Program-made: the position numbers and the translations under genes
Shown: piece after piece, positions 59,366-64,000 of the stretch
How the letters are laid out: every line of letters starts with the position of its first letter
Numbering within the stretch: the first letter of the stretch is position 1
Assembly (NCBI GenBank): GCA_963779415.1
Contig: CAVZYA010000001.1
Coordinates: 2,016,001 to 2,080,000, forward strand
Source: an uncultured Acidobacteriota bacterium
GTDB lineage: Bacteria > Acidobacteriota > Thermoanaerobaculia > UBA5066
Direction of reading: 5' to 3'
DNA: 64,000 nt
Notes under the pieces: generated by a model
What the model was told of the DNA's origin: nothing
Seen by the model: the letters and a program-made list of their open reading frames with translations, nothing else
Databases searched by the model: none

Positions 59366-61021
59366 TCAGAACTTCCACATCAGGCCCATCTGGGCGTCGC
59401 CCTGCGAGATGTAGTTGTTGTACCAGTACGGATAGCAGCCGTAGATCGGATCGCAGTAGGAGTACCCGGCCGAAGAGGAGTGCAGGTAGACGGGCATCCA
59501 GCGGATCCCGAGACGGCCGCCCAGGTGGTCGGTCAGCCAGTACTTCACCCCGCCGCCGACGCTCGCCGAGAACCGGGTCAGCGCCGAGTACGGCGAGGAC
59601 GGCGCGAGGAGCGTCGCGCCGAGGAGAAGATCGGCGTAGAGCCGGGCGCGCTCGTCCGAGCTTCCCGACTGGAGGAGGATCCCGACCTGGATCGTGTCGA
59701 GTTTCAGGTCCGAGACCTTCCGGTCGCCGGTTCCGCCCGGCGCGGTGATTCCCGTGAAGTTGAAGTCGAGCTGGGTGCTCTGGTGGCTCCAGAGCGCCTC
59801 GAGATGCCACGCGTCCGAGAGGGGGACCTCGACCGACGCGCCGAAGCTCATCGAGCTCGGGATCCCGATCCGCTCGATGTAGGTGTTCCCCTGGGGCGAC
59901 GTCGTCCCGCCGAACCGGTAACCGGCCATGCCCGACACCTCGACGGTCGCCCAGGAGCGGCTCGTGGAGGCGGCGATGGCCGCCGCATCGGCAGCCGCGG
60001 CCGCGCCCTCGCTTCCCGCGGAGAGCTCGTGGACGCCCACGGGCGGCGCGGTGTAGTAGGCGGAAGCCACCGGCGACACCTTGATGACGGCGTCGCGCTT
60101 GAGCTTCTCGAGATATTCCGCGAGCCGCTTCTGGAACTGGGTCTCCTGCTCGCTCTTGAGGATCTCCCCCTTCACCTCGGAGAAGGGACGGTAGCTGACG
60201 GGCTGCTTCTCGAGGACCTTGACGAGGTGCCAGCCGATCTTCGTCGAGATCGGGTCGGAGACGGCGCCGACGGGGAGGGAGAAGACGACGCTGTCGATCT
60301 CGGGGAGGAGCTCTCCCTTGGCCACCCATCCGAGGTCTCCTCCGCGGTTCTTCGTCGAGCCGTCGGAGTAGAGCCTGACGACCTCCTCGAACTTCATTCC
60401 CCCGCGGAGAGCGTCGACGGCGGCACGGACGCGCTCCTGGGGGTCCGACGTATCTCCGCCGGTATTCGAGATCAGGATCTCCGCGAGGCGGACGCGCTCG
60501 GGAATCCGGTATTTCTCCTTCTCCCGCTCGTAGATGACGCGCAGCGCGTCGTCCGTCAGGTCCACCTTGCTCTGGACCTCGCGCCCCACGACCCGCTGCA
60601 CCATGAGCGAGTTGAGAAGCTGGTCGCGGAGCTTCTGGATCGTCAGACCGGAGCTTTCGAGGAGCTTTTCGAAGTCGGCGTCGGAAGAGACCTTGTTTTC
60701 CTCTTTCAGCTGCCGGATCCGCTCCTCGACCTCCTTGTCGGTCGTCAGGAGGTCGAGGTCCCGCCCGCGGTCCTCGAGGAGCGCTTCGTCGACGAGCGTG
60801 TTGAAAAGGGCCTTCCGCATCTCCTCGGCCCTCGCGGCGTTCGCCGGGGGTCCCTGTTCGCGGACGACCTGCTCGAAGCGCGCGTCGAACGCGCTCTGCG
60901 TGATGATGCGCGAGTTGACGTGGGCGAGGATCATCTCGACCGTCTCCACGGCGGGCGCCGGATGCGCGGCCAGAAGAAGGAAGGACGCCAGAGCCACGAC
61001 GCGGCGACGGATCGGCATCAC
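59366..61021 (-). CDS. SurA-like parvulin chaperone fused to a C-terminal outer-membrane beta-barrel domain
   Basis: Signal peptide, ILAHVNSRIIT SurA-N domain, parvulin (GGDLGW, VSDPI, GWHLVKV), Ala-rich linker, amphipathic beta-strands and terminal QMGLMWKF. Confidence 0.85.
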   Translation of the reverse strand: MMPIRRRVVALASFLLLAAHPAPAVETVEMILAHVNSRIITQSAFDARFEQVVREQGPPANAARAEEMRKALFNTLVDEALLEDRGRDLDLLTTDKEVEERIRQLKEENKVSSDADFEKLLESSGLTIQKLRDQLLNSLMVQRVVGREVQSKVDLTDDALRVIYEREKEKYRIPERVRLAEILISNTGGDTSDPQERVRAAVDALRGGMKFEEVVRLYSDGSTKNRGGDLGWVAKGELLPEIDSVVFSLPVGAVSDPISTKIGWHLVKVLEKQPVSYRPFSEVKGEILKSEQETQFQKRLAEYLEKLKRDAVIKVSPVASAYYTAPPVGVHELSAGSEGAAAAADAAAIAASTSRSWATVEVSGMAGYRFGGTTSPQGNTYIERIGIPSSMSFGASVEVPLSDAWHLEALWSHQSTQLDFNFTGITAPGGTGDRKVSDLKLDTIQVGILLQSGSSDERARLYADLLLGATLLAPSSPYSALTRFSASVGGGVKYWLTDHLGGRLGIRWMPVYLHSSSAGYSYCDPIYGCYPYWYNNYISQGDAQMGLMWKF

Positions 61022-61049
61022 GGCGCGGAGTCTAGCGAACTCCGCCGCG

Positions 61050-61911
61050 TCACCGGGACGGAACGTACCGCGGGTTCGTCCCGACGTAGGGGAAGGGGAG
61101 GTGTTCCTCGACGACCGCGACGGGATGACGGAGGCGCGCGGCCGCGACGAGGTCGGCCGCCGCCCGGACGCTCCTCTCCTCCGCGAGCGTGAGGCGGAGG
61201 GCGGACCTTCGCCTCCTCGAACGGGATGTCCCGCGAGTCGAAGCGCTCGTCGACCCGGAGAATGTGGAAGCCGTGCGGCGCCGCCAGGATTCCGGTCGTC
61301 CGGCCGGCCGGGAGCTCCCAGAGGACCTTCTCGAAATCGCGGGGAAGGTCGGTCCGGGCGAGAAGGCCGAGCGCGCCGCCGCTCGCCGCGTTCGGGGCGA
61401 GGCTCGCCGTCCGCGAGATCTCCAGCCAGCTCTCTCCCGCCGCGAGCCGCCTCTGCGCCGCCTCGGCCGCCTCCCGCGTCCGGAAGAAGAGCTGCGAGGC
61501 CCGGATGAGGGCGGGCCGCCGGAACCGGTCGGCATGCGACGCGTACTCCCGCCGCAGCTCTTCCTCCGGGATCGCGTCGACGCCGGCGACCCGCGCGATG
61601 AGGGCCCGACGCCGTTCGGCGGCGGTCGTCCCCTCGGGAGGAGGGGTCGCGTCCTCTCCGGCCCGCTCGAGGAGCAGCTCCTCGAGGTACTGGTCGAGAA
61701 GGCTCGAGGCGACGCGCGGCGCCACGTCCTTCGGCTCCTCGGAGGTCGCCCCTTTCAGGTATGCCGCCACGTCCTCCCACCGGACCGGCTGATTCCCGAC
61801 GAGGGCCACGACCGCGGGGTCCGCGGCGGGGCGGGGCGTCCGCTTCGCGCAGCCGGGCAGAAGCGCCGCGGGGAATGCGAGAAGTGCAGTAAGGGCGAGA
61901 CGAAGTCTCAT
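61050..61911 (-). CDS. Lipoprotein PpiC-type peptidyl-prolyl isomerase (frameshift near 61205)
   Basis: Lipobox LLPGC, VVALVGNQPV, GGALG and HGFHILRV. Confidence 0.82.
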
Positions 61912-64000
61912 GTCGCCTCCCTGTCGAGGAGCGCCGGCGGGACGGAGGCGAGGACGGACGGGCGCGCGAGCGCCGCGAGGAGGCGGGCCGCGAGCGCCGG
62001 GACCTCCTCCCCGGCCGGAAGGACCCCCGGAAAGGCGCGCGGCACGCGGAGCGCGTCGGGCCCGGCGGCGAGAAGCTCCCCTCTCTTGAGGCGCGAGAGG
62101 ACGCGGTCCGGGTCGAGGCGGTGGTCCGTCTCGAGCGTGGCATGCAGCTCCTCGCCGCGGCGCTGGATCGCCTTGACGCCGAGGGCCCGCGCGAGGAGCC
62201 GCAGCCTGGCGACGCCGAGGAGGCGGCCGAACTCCGGCGGCGCCGCGCCGAACCGGTCCGCCGCGTCCGCCGCCTCCGCGTCGAGCGCGGCGACGTCCCC
62301 GGCCGCGGCGATCTTCTTGTAGAGCGCCATCCGGAGGCTTTCGTCCGGGATCCATGCCGAAGGGAGCGCGAGGGGAAGGCCGAGCTGCAGCGTCACGTCG
62401 CGCGTCTGGGGGACCGGCTCGCCCTTCACCTCCGCCATCGCCTCCTCGAGGAGCCGGACGTACGTCTCGAACCCGACCGACTCGATGTGCCCGGACTGCT
62501 CCGCGCCGAGGAGCGAGCCGGCGCCGCGGATCTCGAGGTCCTTCGCGGCGATCCGGAACCCCGCGCCGAGGTCGGAGAACTCCTGGAGGACGCGGAGGCG
62601 CCGCCGCGCGTCGTCCGAGAGCGGCGCTCCCGGCGGGACGAGGAGCCAGCAGGACGCGGGCTTGTCGCTCCGCCCCACGCGCCCGCGGAGCTGATAGAGC
62701 TGAGCGAGGCCGTAGCGGTCGGCCCGGTCGATGAGCATCGTGTTCGCCGTCGGGATGTCGAGGCCGTTCTCCACGATCGTCGTCGCGAGGAGGAGGTCCG
62801 CGGCGCGTGTGACGAAGGAGCGCATCGCCCGCTCCAGCTCCCCTTCCGACATCTGTCCGTGCCCGACGACGACGCGCACGTGGGGAACGAGGGAGGCGAG
62901 CGTCTCGCGCCACGCGCCGAGACCGTCGATCCGGTTGTGGACGACGAAGATCTGTCCGCCCCGCTCCATCTCGGCCTCGATCGCCTCCTTCACCACCTCG
63001 TCGCTCGAGGGGACGACGTGCGTCGCCACGGCGAGGCGGTCCTTCGGGGGAGTCTCGATGACGGAGAGCTCGCGGATCCCGGCGAGCGAGAGGTGGAGCG
63101 AGCGCGGGATCGGCGTCGCGGACATGGCGAGGACGTCCACGGACGCCTTCATCTCCTTGATCCGCTCCTTCTGCGCGACGCCGAAGCGCTGCTCCTCGTC
63201 GACGACGAGGAGGCCGAGGTCCTTGAAGGCGACGTCCTTCGAGAGGAGCCGGTGGGTCCCGACGACGACGTCGAGCGTCCCCTCCTCGAGGCGCCGGAGG
63301 ACCGCGGCGATCTCCTCGCCCGATCGGAAGCGGGAGAGGAGGTCGATCGTGACCGGAAAGGCGGCGAATCGCCGCCGCAGCGTCCGGAAATGCTGGTCCG
63401 CGAGGATCGTCGTCGGGGCGAGGAAGGCGGCCTGCTTGCCGTCGAGGACGCACTTGAAGATCGCCCGCATCGCGACCTCGGTCTTCCCGTACCCGACGTC
63501 GCCGCAGAGGAGGCGGTCCATCGGCCGCTCCGACTCCATGTCGCGCTTCACGTCGCGGATCGCCGCGACCTGGTCCGGCGTCTCGGTGAACTCGAAGGCG
63601 TCCTCGAACTCCTTCTGCCACGGCGAGTCCTTCGAGAAGGAGTGCCCCGCCGCCGCCGCGCGGCGCGCGTAGAGCTTGACGAGCTGGTCCGCGAGGTCGC
63701 GGACCGCCTTCTTCACCCGCGACTTCCGCTTCTCCCAGCCCGTGCCGCCGAGACGGTCGAGCGGCGGAGGCGGCCCTTCCCCCGCGGAGGAGTACTTCTG
63801 GATCAGGTCGAGCCGCTCGACCGGGACGAGGAGCTTCGCGTCCCCGGCGTATCGAAGGTCGACCATCTCGCGCAGAAGGCCGGCGTCGTCGATCGTGACG
63901 AGCCCCGCGAACCGTCCGAGGCCGTAGTCGCGGTGGACGACGATGTCGCCGGGCTTGAGGTCGCGCAGGTCCGAGAGAAACGCCTCGGAGACGGCCTTCC
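61908..64000 (-). CDS. mfd: Transcription-repair coupling factor, 5'-truncated by window edge
   Basis: MDRLLCGDVGYGKTE, VDEEQRFGV, SATPIPR, QLRGRVGR and DLEIRGAG; TRCF domain. Confidence 0.97.
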   Translation of the reverse strand, partial: KAVSEAFLSDLRDLKPGDIVVHRDYGLGRFAGLVTIDDAGLLREMVDLRYAGDAKLLVPVERLDLIQKYSSAGEGPPPPLDRLGGTGWEKRKSRVKKAVRDLADQLVKLYARRAAAAGHSFSKDSPWQKEFEDAFEFTETPDQVAAIRDVKRDMESERPMDRLLCGDVGYGKTEVAMRAIFKCVLDGKQAAFLAPTTILADQHFRTLRRRFAAFPVTIDLLSRFRSGEEIAAVLRRLEEGTLDVVVGTHRLLSKDVAFKDLGLLVVDEEQRFGVAQKERIKEMKASVDVLAMSATPIPRSLHLSLAGIRELSVIETPPKDRLAVATHVVPSSDEVVKEAIEAEMERGGQIFVVHNRIDGLGAWRETLASLVPHVRVVVGHGQMSEGELERAMRSFVTRAADLLLATTIVENGLDIPTANTMLIDRADRYGLAQLYQLRGRVGRSDKPASCWLLVPPGAPLSDDARRRLRVLQEFSDLGAGFRIAAKDLEIRGAGSLLGAEQSGHIESVGFETYVRLLEEAMAEVKGEPVPQTRDVTLQLGLPLALPSAWIPDESLRMALYKKIAAAGDVAALDAEAADAADRFGAAPPEFGRLLGVARLRLLARALGVKAIQRRGEELHATLETDHRLDPDRVLSRLKRGELLAAGPDALRVPRAFPGVLPAGEEVPALAARLLAALARPSVLASVPPALLDREAT

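Noticed and set aside
3134-61911. Numerous frameshifts (peptidase, NuoE/F-like, large subunit, CPA2, rsmH, PPIase) as programmed frameshifting or mass pseudogenisation
   Set aside because: They also hit conserved housekeeping genes (rsmH has two compensating shifts), are single-base and often sit in G/C runs. This is best explained by long-read indel error.
1-64000. CRISPR arrays, rRNA genes, transposases, anti-phage defence systems and riboswitches
   Set aside because: No repeat-spacer periodicity or recognisable motifs were seen by eye, and intergenic regions are short. A covariance-model search was not possible.

Overview
High-GC bacterial chromosomal window. The gene content (a dcw cluster without murB/ddl, mfd followed by two PPIase genes, many GT-C glycosyltransferases and SpoIIE phosphatases) tentatively suggests Acidobacteriota, but this is inference. 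Many genes, including conserved ones such as rsmH, are broken by single-base frameshifts, which points to uncorrected long-read indel errors. 1-9.5 kb: kbl, a degraded cupin/GT2 pair, an M28 peptidase, an NCS2 permease fused to a degenerate RsbW-like domain, a beta-propeller, a stand-alone BLUF protein and an Ig-like protein. 9.6-22 kb is a probable acquired block ending at tRNA-Arg(ACG). It holds a 9-gene operon in which a sensory cassette (unknown protein, 2 DRTGG proteins, Ser/Thr kinase, degenerate [FeFe]-hydrogenase-like protein, Cys-rich protein) precedes a HydABC/StnABC-type electron-bifurcating flavoenzyme with no hydrogenase or formate dehydrogenase active site. An ACP + LpxL-like acyltransferase + fatty acyl-AMP ligase trio follows. 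22-43 kb: ABC exporter, orphan radical SAM, two SpoIIE phosphatases, tRNA-Glu(CTC), SulP, old yellow enzyme, SYLF protein, GT39, MscS, CPA2 antiporter, GT87, short Hsp70, SemiSWEET and a DnaQ-like exonuclease. 43-64 kb: dcw cluster (mraZ to ftsZ, lacking murF, with MraZ boxes), RNase D, a SurA-like chaperone fused in frame to an outer-membrane beta-barrel, a lipoprotein PPIase and partial mfd. At least seven genes appear leaderless (TANNNT 6-7 nt before the start codon).
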